DNA of 64,000 nucleotides, taken from positions 2,082,594 through 2,146,593 of the forward strand of contig OZ241379.1 in NCBI GenBank assembly GCA_965200685.1, written 5' to 3'. The notes beneath the pieces were generated by a model. That model did not search any database, had not been told where the DNA came from, and was given only the letters and a program-made list of their open reading frames with translations. The translations under genes and the position numbers were made by a program. The stretch is from Caldilineaceae bacterium. Its GTDB lineage: Bacteria; Chloroflexota; Anaerolineae; Caldilineales; Caldilineaceae. Of this stretch, positions 8,998 to 17,919 are shown in pieces (position 1 is the stretch's first letter; every line of letters starts with the position of its first letter).

Positions 8998-11900
8998 CTA
9001 TTGTTGCGTTGGTTCTGTAGGCGCGGGCTCCATAAGCAGGAGCTGCGGGCGTAGGCTCGGATGCAGGCGCACCAATTCCGTTCGATATCGATAAATGCTT
9101 GCCACATCCTTCAGTTCAAAGCCGTGCATTGTCCGCACAAAGGTGATCTGAAATGGATCTCCTGACAATAAACGCGTGACCCGTAACCCCTGCAGAACGT
9201 CCTCTGTCAGGTCGCTATCGTGGTTGCCGGAAACTGCGGCAAATTCTACCGGCAGCCCGTGAGATGCCAGCCGGTCTGAGACATCGTGGTTGGCAGCAGG
9301 TTTGGCAGCAGTCCACACGTTTTCCAAATAGCGCAGCATGGTGGCTGCATGGGAGGGACCAGTCATGTCTACGTCAAAGGGCCGCGGTGGGGCCTGGGCA
9401 TCTGGTGCAGCAGCCCCGCCTCTGCTTTGTTCGGGCGCGGCCCGCGATGCTGCATCGACCTGGGGACCGTGTACATGCCGTGTTGGGGACGAGGCGTCCC
9501 GCCAGAGGAGATGTTCTAGATTGTATTCGTGGGCTAAGGTTCGCACGAGATCCGTACGCGCTTGATTGGCCTCGCTATCCTGTAGGCCGGTCACCGCCAT
9601 TTTCACACTTTCGCGGATGTAATTGAACAGGGTTTCGGCGAGGGGTGAGGCAGATCCTGTTTCGATGAATTCTGCTGGCGAACGCCGCGCATACGAGGCT
9701 GCATGTTCCCCGTTGAGCAGAGATGCTAATTGCCGGCGACGACGCAGAGATGTCCAGATTTCCCATAAACGCTCTTCCCCTTGCCGTCCTTCTAGGTCTT
9801 GGCGATTGCGTAGGATTGCTTGGCAGCGTGCCCACAATTTTGCTGTGAAATGGGGACGATACAGATGGGAGCCGGCCGTATGCGGCGGGAGTGTAGGTAT
9901 GCCCGTATCAACAGACCATTCACGCAGCTCCTCGCAGGTGTCCTCAAGGGCATGGGCCATGTGGCGTACCATCTGTTCTAGATGCCCATACGCCCGCACA
10001 AGTCCATGATGCACACGCTCCTGCACGTGGGCAGTCAGTTCAAGGCTGGCGAGCTCTACCCGTTCTTGTCGTAATGTCTGCGCGCGGCGTAGCCGCAGCC
10101 GATATGCTAGGATGGCACCTGACAACGCGCCGGCCATCAGCCCTAAAAATGTAGTTCCATTGACTTCCAGATCGAACGGTTGCCGGAACATGACAACATG
10201 GAGCCAGGCCAGCAGCGCAATGCCACCGAGCAGACAGAGAGCACGAACCAATGAAGCGGGCAGAGAGGGCTGGTCGGCAATGGCCCCTAGATAGCGGATA
10301 TGCCACTCTCGGACTTGCGGCTGGCGTTTCATCTCTGCCCCAGGGGGACTAACGGAAAGGTCTTTGAGTTCGGTCAGCCATTGCTGGAGCTGCTGCTGCG
10401 CCCGCAGAATCCCGCATGGCTGGGCACTGAGCAAGGTGAGCAGATAGTCTCGCATCTGACGAGAGGTGGCCGGCAGAAAGCGCTGGTCGCGCGGGTTGAG
10501 AGGCAGGCCATCCTCACCGAGAGCATCAAGCCCCCAGGCCTTGTCCAGTACAGTGGGCCCGATGCTCTCCTCAAGACGTGCCAACACTGTCTGAAATTGC
10601 TCGTCAAAGGCAGTCTGCCAGCCGATGGGGTCACGGCCGCGCAGTTTGAGGGCCATGGCCGCTGGCAGTATATATTCAGGATGGATGGCAAGTTGGTCCA
10701 GTGATTGAGGGGCCTTGTCCTCAAACAGATCCGGGAGCTGTGAGATGAGCTGGCCCAATACCTGTGGCGGCGTTGCCCCCAATTCCGCTAACCCCAGTGG
10801 CGAGTTACTTCCCCCCTCTTCACGCTCCACGGGTGTGAGGATCTGCTCCCGCAGCAGCCGCTTTTCTTCTTGCTCTTGCAGGGTCTGCAAGATATACGTT
10901 AGCGGCACATAATCTGTGGCTGCGCCCAGCAAGCTATAGGGGCGTTCCCTGGCGTTGCGGAGATCGATTCCAATCTGTTCATCGACAAAAGCGGCCCCAT
11001 CCGCAGCGATGAGGGCCTGTAGGCTGTTGCCAACCAGAACAGACAGTTCATAGCTGCTGTGGGCCAGCCCCTGGTTGCTTTTCTCCCGGTCCAGCAGATA
11101 GATGCGGTCAAACAGCCGGCGGCCCAGCCATGAACCCCAGGGTCCTGTGATCTGTGACCTGGGCCCAGGGGTGTCACTGGTTGTCCAGGGGTCATTGCCT
11201 ACTACAGGATCTTCCCCCAACAAGGGCAAAAATTCATTGAGATTTGCCCGGCGCAGGCCGGTAAGTGCCTCTAGTTCCGCGATGGCAGCATAGCAGGAGG
11301 CATCCTCAATGCGCCGGCTGTTGTCGGTGGCATAGCTCCCTGTGGCGAAGATGCCCACGACTTGCGAGATGTGACGCTGCCCCACATCATGGAGCTGATG
11401 TGCGACCATCGGCCAGATCAGCGCGGATGTCAACGGTTCATAGAGCGGTGCGACCACGTAAAGCGTCGTCTGTACGAAGGGGTCGGTGGGCGCATGGATG
11501 TCCGCGCGGATGGGGTTGATGATGTTGGAGGAGAAGGCCCTGGCAATCTCATCCCCGGCCCGCAGCGCGGCCCGAAAAGCAACCCGCCGGGTCATAGCGG
11601 TGGGCTGTGGCCTGTACTCTGTATTGGCTCCTGCCCATTCAGGATCCCTGGGTGTTTCGTTTTCCTGCCATGGCAGCGGCACTAGGACCTCGGCGGCTGC
11701 CTCGCGCAGCAGGTCTGCCCAACGCTGTGCTTGGCCAAACCCACTGGCCACGGGCCAATGGCCGCTTTTACTGGGCAATGATGTTGCGCTGCTCGTGCTT
11801 CGCAAGCGCTGTAGTAAGCCTTCTAGATAGAATGGCGGCAGGCGTCTGTCCTGCAGGGTGAGCAATTGGAGGGCCATCTGGCCATCGGGCCCGACCTGTT

Positions 11901-12078
11901 CTTCCGCCATAAGAGTGGCAAAGCGGGCAATGTGCGTCAGGTCCGGGCCATCTATGGCTGCGGCCATCCGTTGTTCTTGGGATTCCCGCAGCCGCGAGGC
12001 CAGGTGGAGCATTGTCTGCAAGCCCCAGCCTCCGAAACAGAGGATGGCGGCTCGGCTACGGGTAGCACCAGGAATCAT
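8998..12078 (-). CDS. Membrane-anchored paralog of the tubulin/FtsZ-like protein, with degenerate GTP-binding motifs
   Basis: 1026-aa ORF whose start overlaps the upstream stop (ATGA). It aligns by eye to the 839-aa neighbour at three points. (1) AILCFGGWGLQTMLHLA matches TLIVGVGGMGSNTVRAV. (2) TLYVVAPLYEPLTSALIWPMVAHQL matches LVYVVSSLCGGTGAGMFMDVAHRV. (3) QVVGIFATG...CYAAIAELEAL matches RVVGIFYLP...AYAALKELNYF. Two hydrophobic helices lie mid-protein (LVRALCLLGGIALLAWLHVVMF and FLGLMAGALSGAILAY). Confidence 0.6.
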   Translation of the reverse strand: MIPGATRSRAAILCFGGWGLQTMLHLASRLRESQEQRMAAAIDGPDLTHIARFATLMAEEQVGPDGQMALQLLTLQDRRLPPFYLEGLLQRLRSTSSATSLPSKSGHWPVASGFGQAQRWADLLREAAAEVLVPLPWQENETPRDPEWAGANTEYRPQPTAMTRRVAFRAALRAGDEIARAFSSNIINPIRADIHAPTDPFVQTTLYVVAPLYEPLTSALIWPMVAHQLHDVGQRHISQVVGIFATGSYATDNSRRIEDASCYAAIAELEALTGLRRANLNEFLPLLGEDPVVGNDPWTTSDTPGPRSQITGPWGSWLGRRLFDRIYLLDREKSNQGLAHSSYELSVLVGNSLQALIAADGAAFVDEQIGIDLRNARERPYSLLGAATDYVPLTYILQTLQEQEEKRLLREQILTPVEREEGGSNSPLGLAELGATPPQVLGQLISQLPDLFEDKAPQSLDQLAIHPEYILPAAMALKLRGRDPIGWQTAFDEQFQTVLARLEESIGPTVLDKAWGLDALGEDGLPLNPRDQRFLPATSRQMRDYLLTLLSAQPCGILRAQQQLQQWLTELKDLSVSPPGAEMKRQPQVREWHIRYLGAIADQPSLPASLVRALCLLGGIALLAWLHVVMFRQPFDLEVNGTTFLGLMAGALSGAILAYRLRLRRAQTLRQERVELASLELTAHVQERVHHGLVRAYGHLEQMVRHMAHALEDTCEELREWSVDTGIPTLPPHTAGSHLYRPHFTAKLWARCQAILRNRQDLEGRQGEERLWEIWTSLRRRRQLASLLNGEHAASYARRSPAEFIETGSASPLAETLFNYIRESVKMAVTGLQDSEANQARTDLVRTLAHEYNLEHLLWRDASSPTRHVHGPQVDAASRAAPEQSRGGAAAPDAQAPPRPFDVDMTGPSHAATMLRYLENVWTAAKPAANHDVSDRLASHGLPVEFAAVSGNHDSDLTEDVLQGLRVTRLLSGDPFQITFVRTMHGFELKDVASIYRYRTELVRLHPSLRPQLLLMEPAPTEPTQQ

Positions 12079-14594
12079 GGCACATTACCACCGGGGTGTA
12101 CAACATCCCAGGGATTGTACTCCCTGTTGAGGAACTGCTGGTTGCTGGGATGACGGGAATCTTCTTCGGTGATTTCGGGCAGATCGACCCAAGCGGGATT
12201 GAGATGAAATTCCTCCCGCACGGGGAAATCTTGGCTGTTTTCATACTGTTCCTGAAATTCATCTAGGCGGTCGATGAGGGTCACGGGCAGGCCATGGACA
12301 ATCCAGACAGCATCCATCCGCCCTGTGTCGCCGGTCGGCACCCATTTCAAGTCCTCTTGGCCGATCATGGCCAGGGCCAACTCTGCATCGTCTTCCCGGG
12401 CGGAGGGCGTGGCTGCCAGACGGATGTGTTCTAGGTCTGCATCATGAAAGCTGAAGCGGTCCGCGTCCCAGCGAATGTAAGGGTTCAGCCGGTCCAACCA
12501 TTGCTGCACCCGGTTGTTGGGGAGCGGGCGGGCCTGCTGCACCTCCTCCCCATATTGCACGCCGATGATGTGGCGGATGTCTATCTGTTGCTTTACTCTG
12601 CCCAACAGGCCCTGATCTTCGCTGAGTGTCTTCGTCAGCATGGTGAACAGATTTTCAGCATTGATTGCATTGCTGTAGTACAGAATCGTATCAATGAGCG
12701 TTCCGAGCAGAGCGTGCCAATCGCTGGGATAAACAGACTGGGCTGCGTTGTGATAGAAATGTTGTAGGTAATCCCGCCCGACTACACCGGTTTCTAGTTC
12801 GTAGTAGGTACTGGTGCTGGGCGTGCCATCGGGGATGCGGGGGTCGATGCGGTCTGCAGCTTGGCTGGTCTCCTGATTGGCGCGTAGCAGCGCGGCACCA
12901 GCATTGTTGATCTGCATGCGGAAGACGTCTCGCATCTGTGCGCCGTACACCGAGAGCCGTTCTACCAGTATTCGTTCCAGCATATCCCGGCGTTGGTTGA
13001 GTCGGGCGCGAGCCTTGCGGTTCCGTAGATCCAGAGCCCGGTCCCGGGCCTGACGAGGACTGAGGGCCGAGAGCAGGAGATCGCCGAAGCCACTGGCTAT
13101 CTGGCCGATTCGTTCGATATGTCCTCCTTCCTGGGCCAACAATGTGCGCCAGCGGGCCCGGTCCTCCTCTGCTACTGGTTGGTTGTTCAGCAGCAAAAGG
13201 CGTTGTTTGGGCAGGGATTCTAGAGGGGCGGTGGCAGGGTTCAACGGCCCTAGCAGATCTGTCAAGGCCAGAGCTCCTCGCAAGCCGAGTTCGAGAACTG
13301 CCTGACGGAAGGCAGTGTCCACGATTTCCTTAAAGCCTGTGTATGCGCTGCGGCTTTCCGCGATCTCGTCGGCTAATTCCTCTAGCCGGTCACTGTCTAG
13401 GGAAAGATAGCGGGCCCGCAATTCCAGCAAAAGCCCCTGCCAGATCGTGGTAGCCTTCTGGCGGTCTGTGTTGCTGATGGGCTGATGGGGGTCATTGAGA
13501 GAGGGGCCGGCCGCAAGGCGTCGTAGGCAATCCCCCAAAAAGGCCTGCTGCCAGAAATTCACCAGTGCTTCGTCCGGCGTGACAATGGCAGAGGTGGCAA
13601 AGCTACTGTAGACTAGGTAGTTCTTTTGCCGGCGTTCGCCTATCACCTCTGCGGCCGCGATGGCTCCGGACATGCGTTCCCTGACGATGTTCACCTCTAG
13701 GCCGAGGATTTCGCTGCTCAGGTGGCTGATGGCTGTCAGTTGGATGAGATGGGCAGCCAGTTTCTCTGCATCAGCTTTGCGGGCTAGGCTGCGGCCGTCT
13801 CGGTTGGTGCGCCCGACTAAGAAGATAAAATCAAAGGGGGCATAGGGGGTGTCGGGCAGGGCCCGCTGTTCGCTTGGGTACAGTTCATGGAACTGTTGCG
13901 TTTCTTGAAAGTAATTCAACTCCTTGAGGGCTGCATAGGCATTGGCCTTAATACGCCGTCGTTGGAGATCACTATGTATCTCCTCCTCCAGCACATCCGG
14001 CAGGTAGAAGATACCGACAACCCGGGCATTGCTACGCACGAGGGCGCGCACCCTGTGCGCCACATCCATAAACATCCCCGCGCCTGTGCCACCGCACAAG
14101 CTGCTCACCACATACACAAGCTGGTAGTTGCTCATCACCGGAAAGCCCCGGTTCTGGGCCATCTCCAGGTCCCGAATCTTATCTAAGGAGGCATACTTCG
14201 TCTCCAACAGGCGCTTGAATGTTACATAATTACGGAAAAAGGAGAGCCGGCCGATGGGCCGTAACTGTTTGGCCCCGTTGTGAATGTACCCCAAAGGAAT
14301 GGAGGGATAGTTCCACCAACGAGCGATCTCCGGATGGTTGTCTAGGTTGGAGACCAAGCGTGTGGCGTCAAATTTGCCCATGTAGGCGATTTCATCAGCA
14401 TGGAGAGGCTCTTGGTCGAGTCGGTTGACCAAAGGCTCTGTGTCGAGGGCCAGCAATTGGATCATGGCGGGCAAGGATTCTCGGCCCCATACATTACGTA
14501 GCCGGCGTTTGACCGCGCGCACTGTGTTGCTTCCCATGCCGCCCACGCCCACAATTAGCGTCGGATAGATAGTTGGCTTATCGCCGAGCTGCAT
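12075..14594 (-). CDS. Tubulin/FtsZ superfamily GTPase-like protein (Tubulin_2 / FtsZl1-like)
   Basis: 839-aa ORF. The N-terminal GVGGMGSN resembles the FtsZ T1 loop GVGGGGxN. NGAKQLRPIGRLSFF is present. SSLCGGTGAGMFMD matches the tubulin/FtsZ signature [SAG]GGTG[SAT]G. There are no predicted TM helices. Confidence 0.75.
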   Translation of the reverse strand: MQLGDKPTIYPTLIVGVGGMGSNTVRAVKRRLRNVWGRESLPAMIQLLALDTEPLVNRLDQEPLHADEIAYMGKFDATRLVSNLDNHPEIARWWNYPSIPLGYIHNGAKQLRPIGRLSFFRNYVTFKRLLETKYASLDKIRDLEMAQNRGFPVMSNYQLVYVVSSLCGGTGAGMFMDVAHRVRALVRSNARVVGIFYLPDVLEEEIHSDLQRRRIKANAYAALKELNYFQETQQFHELYPSEQRALPDTPYAPFDFIFLVGRTNRDGRSLARKADAEKLAAHLIQLTAISHLSSEILGLEVNIVRERMSGAIAAAEVIGERRQKNYLVYSSFATSAIVTPDEALVNFWQQAFLGDCLRRLAAGPSLNDPHQPISNTDRQKATTIWQGLLLELRARYLSLDSDRLEELADEIAESRSAYTGFKEIVDTAFRQAVLELGLRGALALTDLLGPLNPATAPLESLPKQRLLLLNNQPVAEEDRARWRTLLAQEGGHIERIGQIASGFGDLLLSALSPRQARDRALDLRNRKARARLNQRRDMLERILVERLSVYGAQMRDVFRMQINNAGAALLRANQETSQAADRIDPRIPDGTPSTSTYYELETGVVGRDYLQHFYHNAAQSVYPSDWHALLGTLIDTILYYSNAINAENLFTMLTKTLSEDQGLLGRVKQQIDIRHIIGVQYGEEVQQARPLPNNRVQQWLDRLNPYIRWDADRFSFHDADLEHIRLAATPSAREDDAELALAMIGQEDLKWVPTGDTGRMDAVWIVHGLPVTLIDRLDEFQEQYENSQDFPVREEFHLNPAWVDLPEITEEDSRHPSNQQFLNREYNPWDVVHPGGNVP

Positions 14595-14674
14595 AAGTTG
14601 ATTCCCTAACTGTAGTGGAGAGTGGTTGGTGGTGAGCCCTTGGAACCATGCGATCCTTCACTTTCCACAGGTGT

Positions 14675-17600
14675 TCACCAGTCGGATGCCCAGGGATTGC
14701 CAGACCCTGAGCGGTATTTGTTCCAGTCGCTGTTGGCCTGCTCTGCATCATGCGCTCCGTCAGTCGCTGTTGATTCCGCTCCCCACATGCCAGTGTCCTG
14801 TGGCCAGGGTGCTGTAGCCTGTGGGTTTGTATTGGTCTCGGGCCATGGAGCATTGTCTGTGGCAGTTTCACTGGCCCGGTGCTCCTCGGCCGCGGGGGTT
14901 GGTTCCTCGTCTATGTTATAGCCACGGCCACGGGTCCGGGCGATGATGACCAACAGCAGCAGAAAGAACAGGGGGCCGGAGCAAAATACCAGTGGAAATG
15001 TGTAAAACGGACGTAGCCACCACTCGACATAGCGTTGGTAGAAGGTTGGGCTGCGGAAGCTGGCATCCACGGAACGGGTTTCATGGGGCAGGCCCGCTAT
15101 GCCCAACACCAGATCTCCGCTATAAAATGAGCCATACAGGGGATCTTTGGGTATGGCCTTGCGGGCGACTAGGGTGATGGGAACCTCATAATAGCCGTCG
15201 GCGTCGGGCGTCCCGCTGATCTCAATCGCTGCTGCTTCCAAAAAAGATTCGTCCAGTGTCTGGGGCCCTTCGTCCGTTTCCCCTGCGGCAGTGAGTCCTA
15301 ACACTTGTACCACAAAAGGCGTCTTGCCATCGAATCGTAGTAGGAGTGATGCTGTGGCTTGTTCGCCTGCCAGCCCCAGATCACCGAAATGCAGGGATCC
15401 TGCGATGCGCCATTCAAGCCCGCGAATTTGCAGCCGGTAGGGAAGGGTATTGGGCAGAACGTCGAAATCTTCGCTCGGGCCGAGCAGGCGCAGAACACCA
15501 CTACAGCCGCCGGATAGCACAGGTACTTGGCTCTGCAAGCGAAGCGGAAGGAGCCCCGCTCTGGTAGGGGTAGTTTCACTGGGGCTCCCTTGGAACTGTA
15601 CATCAGCGGCTGTCACGGTCAGGCCGTCGCAGGTACTTTCGTTCACTTCCACCGTGAGCCGGAAGGGAGTGCCCTCCACAAAATCGACTGGTAGCAGAAT
15701 CGTCTCATCGAGTCGGAAATTGGGGGAAGTATCAAACAGTAGTTCGCCAAAGTCTGCTTCCTGCACTGCAATGTGGGCTGCGGCGCGGGAAACAGTAAAC
15801 ATCACAGGCAAGGAGGGCGCAGGGCGGATCAGAACATCCATGGGCAAACCGGCTGGACTGAGGACGGACAAGCGTAGGTCGCCCTCGTATGCACCAGGGC
15901 GCAGAAGATCGAGACCGTCCATCTGCAGGGTCGCGGTTTGGCTGCCTACTGCTGGCACATCAACCGCAAACTGTAAGTCAACATCACTGACAACTTCGCC
16001 GCTATCCGTCCGTCGTAAGGCCAGGGAGCCTACTAGGCTGCCGATATCGTATTTCGCGGAAGTACCAGCCTGAACCGTCACTGTCCAGCCTGTGGCTGGC
16101 ATTTTCAGCAGATCGAGCGTAGGCGGTAGGCCGCGCACATAGACTGCTGGCTCAACATCTAATAGGGCCCGTGCGAAACTGCCGAAGTGGAACCCCTGAT
16201 CATTGGCCATTGCGGTGAGCAAAAACAACACCTCATAGCTATGCCCATCTTGGGGCACAAACCCGTTGTCCGTGCAGATGCGTTCCCGGCAGGAGAGGGC
16301 CTTCTGGTATACTGGCTGCCGGCCGCTGTTGTCATCAAAGGGGGCAACGATCCCCGAAAGCTGAGAGGTTGCACTGTCCGCCTCGGTAATGTCCATCACG
16401 AATGCGGTTGCTTGCAACCCCTGTATGGGTAGGCCGGGCCCAAACCCCACCCTGAGTTGCAGGCTGCCATCGCCGAGTATGCCGGGATCGTTCACTGATG
16501 GCGAGTGAACCTGTACATTCGGCAGATCTGTGCGGGCGACTAGCCGGAAGGAGCGGCGCAACTGCAAGGCGTTTTCGTCATCCCCCAATTGTACCATGAC
16601 TTCTTCGGGGCTGCTGGTAAGCTGCACCGCGCCAATCGCATCTCGTCCCAACCCATCCTGGCCGAGGAGGGGGATGCGTGTTGTGCCATTGAGCAACAGC
16701 GGCTCGGCAGCAGCGGGCCCAGCCCCTCGTACTACTAGAAGAGGTGTCTGGCCGGCTGGGTAGAAACGCATGGAGGCAGGGCTGCCCTGAATACTGGGCG
16801 GCGGGAAGAGGAGCTCGGGGAAGCTGTCCGCCTGCACGACAGCAAAGCTGCTCAGGTCCGATGTTTCCGCGGTCCATTCTCCGGCCGGCAGAGGGCTGCC
16901 CGCCACCAGCAGATCGACATTGTCATCCGCGAGAACGCTCACAGTCCGCATGGGGGCCGCGTCCCGCCGAACACTGCTGATGGCTGCTTGAGGAGCGATG
17001 AAAGCCAATTCACCCACCCCATGTTCCTCGCGAATGGAAACGGCTAGATTGCCATAGACATTGCGTTGGCTGACGACCGAGCGGTCTGATTTCATTTCCG
17101 CGAAAACTTCGCTGAAAATCCGCAGAATATCCGGCGCACTTTTGGCCTCTTGGACTCGGGCTAACTGATTTTTGAGGAAATCGCCTGGGCAGCCGGCGTT
17201 CGGATTGCAGAGGAGTACCGGATAGATCTGCACGTCCGCGGCCTGCATCTGTGCAAGCTGTTCGCTGACCGTCTCGCGCTGGTTATAGATAGCATCGGGG
17301 GCGGTCGGCTCGCCATCGGTGAGCAGCAGCACATATTGGCTACGGTTCGGCTGCCGGCCGGCCGTGAGCAGACGCAGAGCCTCTTGTAGGCCCAAGTCCA
17401 TACGTGTATAGCCTCTGGTGCCATAATTTAGCGGCGGCTGTAGGGAAGCTGCTAAGCGACGGCGGTTCTCGCGGCTGCCGACTTCTTGTAGACGCCCCAA
17501 GGAGCCGACCCCCTCAGCGCCGCTGTCAAAGCGCAAGACAGCGATGCGGTCGTCTGGATCTGCCAGCGCAATCAGCAAACGGGCAGCACTATAGCGCAGC

Positions 17601-17848
17601 TCGTTCGGGTCGCTCGGTGGATTATAGCTATTGCCGCCACAGGGCGGGCCATAGGGAGGCCCATCCTGTGGCCAAGGCCAGCAGGTAGCCATACTGCCGG
17701 AGTCGTCAAGCATCACAACGACATCAATTTTCAGTGCTCTTTCTGTTTGCGCGTGTAGGGGCGCAACAAATTCTGCTGCCCACAAGGCGACACACCCCAA
17801 CAGTAGCCAGATGAACACGACTCGAAGCCGTTGAACGACGATTCTCAT
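14675..17848 (-). CDS. Large vWA-domain ectoprotein with an N-terminal signal/anchor and a C-terminal TM helix plus a cytoplasmic Trp-rich acidic tail
   Basis: The track ORF starts at the TTG at 17872. I prefer the ATG at 17848 (MRIVVQRLRVVFIWLLLGCVALWAAEF). The MIDAS motif is VVVMLDDSGSM (DxSxS), followed by LLLTDGEPT. A beta-rich ectodomain of about 800 aa follows, then the TM segment PLVFCSGPLFFLLLLVIIARTRGRG and an 87-aa tail. Confidence 0.8.
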   Translation of the reverse strand: MRIVVQRLRVVFIWLLLGCVALWAAEFVAPLHAQTERALKIDVVVMLDDSGSMATCWPWPQDGPPYGPPCGGNSYNPPSDPNELRYSAARLLIALADPDDRIAVLRFDSGAEGVGSLGRLQEVGSRENRRRLAASLQPPLNYGTRGYTRMDLGLQEALRLLTAGRQPNRSQYVLLLTDGEPTAPDAIYNQRETVSEQLAQMQAADVQIYPVLLCNPNAGCPGDFLKNQLARVQEAKSAPDILRIFSEVFAEMKSDRSVVSQRNVYGNLAVSIREEHGVGELAFIAPQAAISSVRRDAAPMRTVSVLADDNVDLLVAGSPLPAGEWTAETSDLSSFAVVQADSFPELLFPPPSIQGSPASMRFYPAGQTPLLVVRGAGPAAAEPLLLNGTTRIPLLGQDGLGRDAIGAVQLTSSPEEVMVQLGDDENALQLRRSFRLVARTDLPNVQVHSPSVNDPGILGDGSLQLRVGFGPGLPIQGLQATAFVMDITEADSATSQLSGIVAPFDDNSGRQPVYQKALSCRERICTDNGFVPQDGHSYEVLFLLTAMANDQGFHFGSFARALLDVEPAVYVRGLPPTLDLLKMPATGWTVTVQAGTSAKYDIGSLVGSLALRRTDSGEVVSDVDLQFAVDVPAVGSQTATLQMDGLDLLRPGAYEGDLRLSVLSPAGLPMDVLIRPAPSLPVMFTVSRAAAHIAVQEADFGELLFDTSPNFRLDETILLPVDFVEGTPFRLTVEVNESTCDGLTVTAADVQFQGSPSETTPTRAGLLPLRLQSQVPVLSGGCSGVLRLLGPSEDFDVLPNTLPYRLQIRGLEWRIAGSLHFGDLGLAGEQATASLLLRFDGKTPFVVQVLGLTAAGETDEGPQTLDESFLEAAAIEISGTPDADGYYEVPITLVARKAIPKDPLYGSFYSGDLVLGIAGLPHETRSVDASFRSPTFYQRYVEWWLRPFYTFPLVFCSGPLFFLLLLVIIARTRGRGYNIDEEPTPAAEEHRASETATDNAPWPETNTNPQATAPWPQDTGMWGAESTATDGAHDAEQANSDWNKYRSGSGNPWASDW

Positions 17849-17890
17849 AGCAAAATCATTGCCTAGGATCAATCAAGCATGCCCGCAAAG

Positions 17891-17899
17891 ATTGTAACA
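17891..17899 (-). promoter_or_regulatory. Possible extended -10 element (TGTTACAAT) upstream of the vWA gene
   Basis: The minus strand reads TGTTACAAT about 40 nt upstream of the ATG at 17848, in the 47-71 nt gap after the DsbA-like gene. This is a sequence match only. Confidence 0.25.
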
Positions 17900-17919
17900 C
17901 AAACTGCAGTGGAGGGCAG

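Noticed and set aside
8988-9107. An upstream extension of the methyltransferase/nuclease ORF to 9107 (MWQAFIDIERNWCACIRAYARSSCLW...).
   Set aside because: It overlaps the 3' end of the preceding 1026-aa gene by 110 nt and has an implausible Cys/Trp-rich composition. The ATG at 8987 gives a sensible N-terminus 10 nt after the upstream stop.
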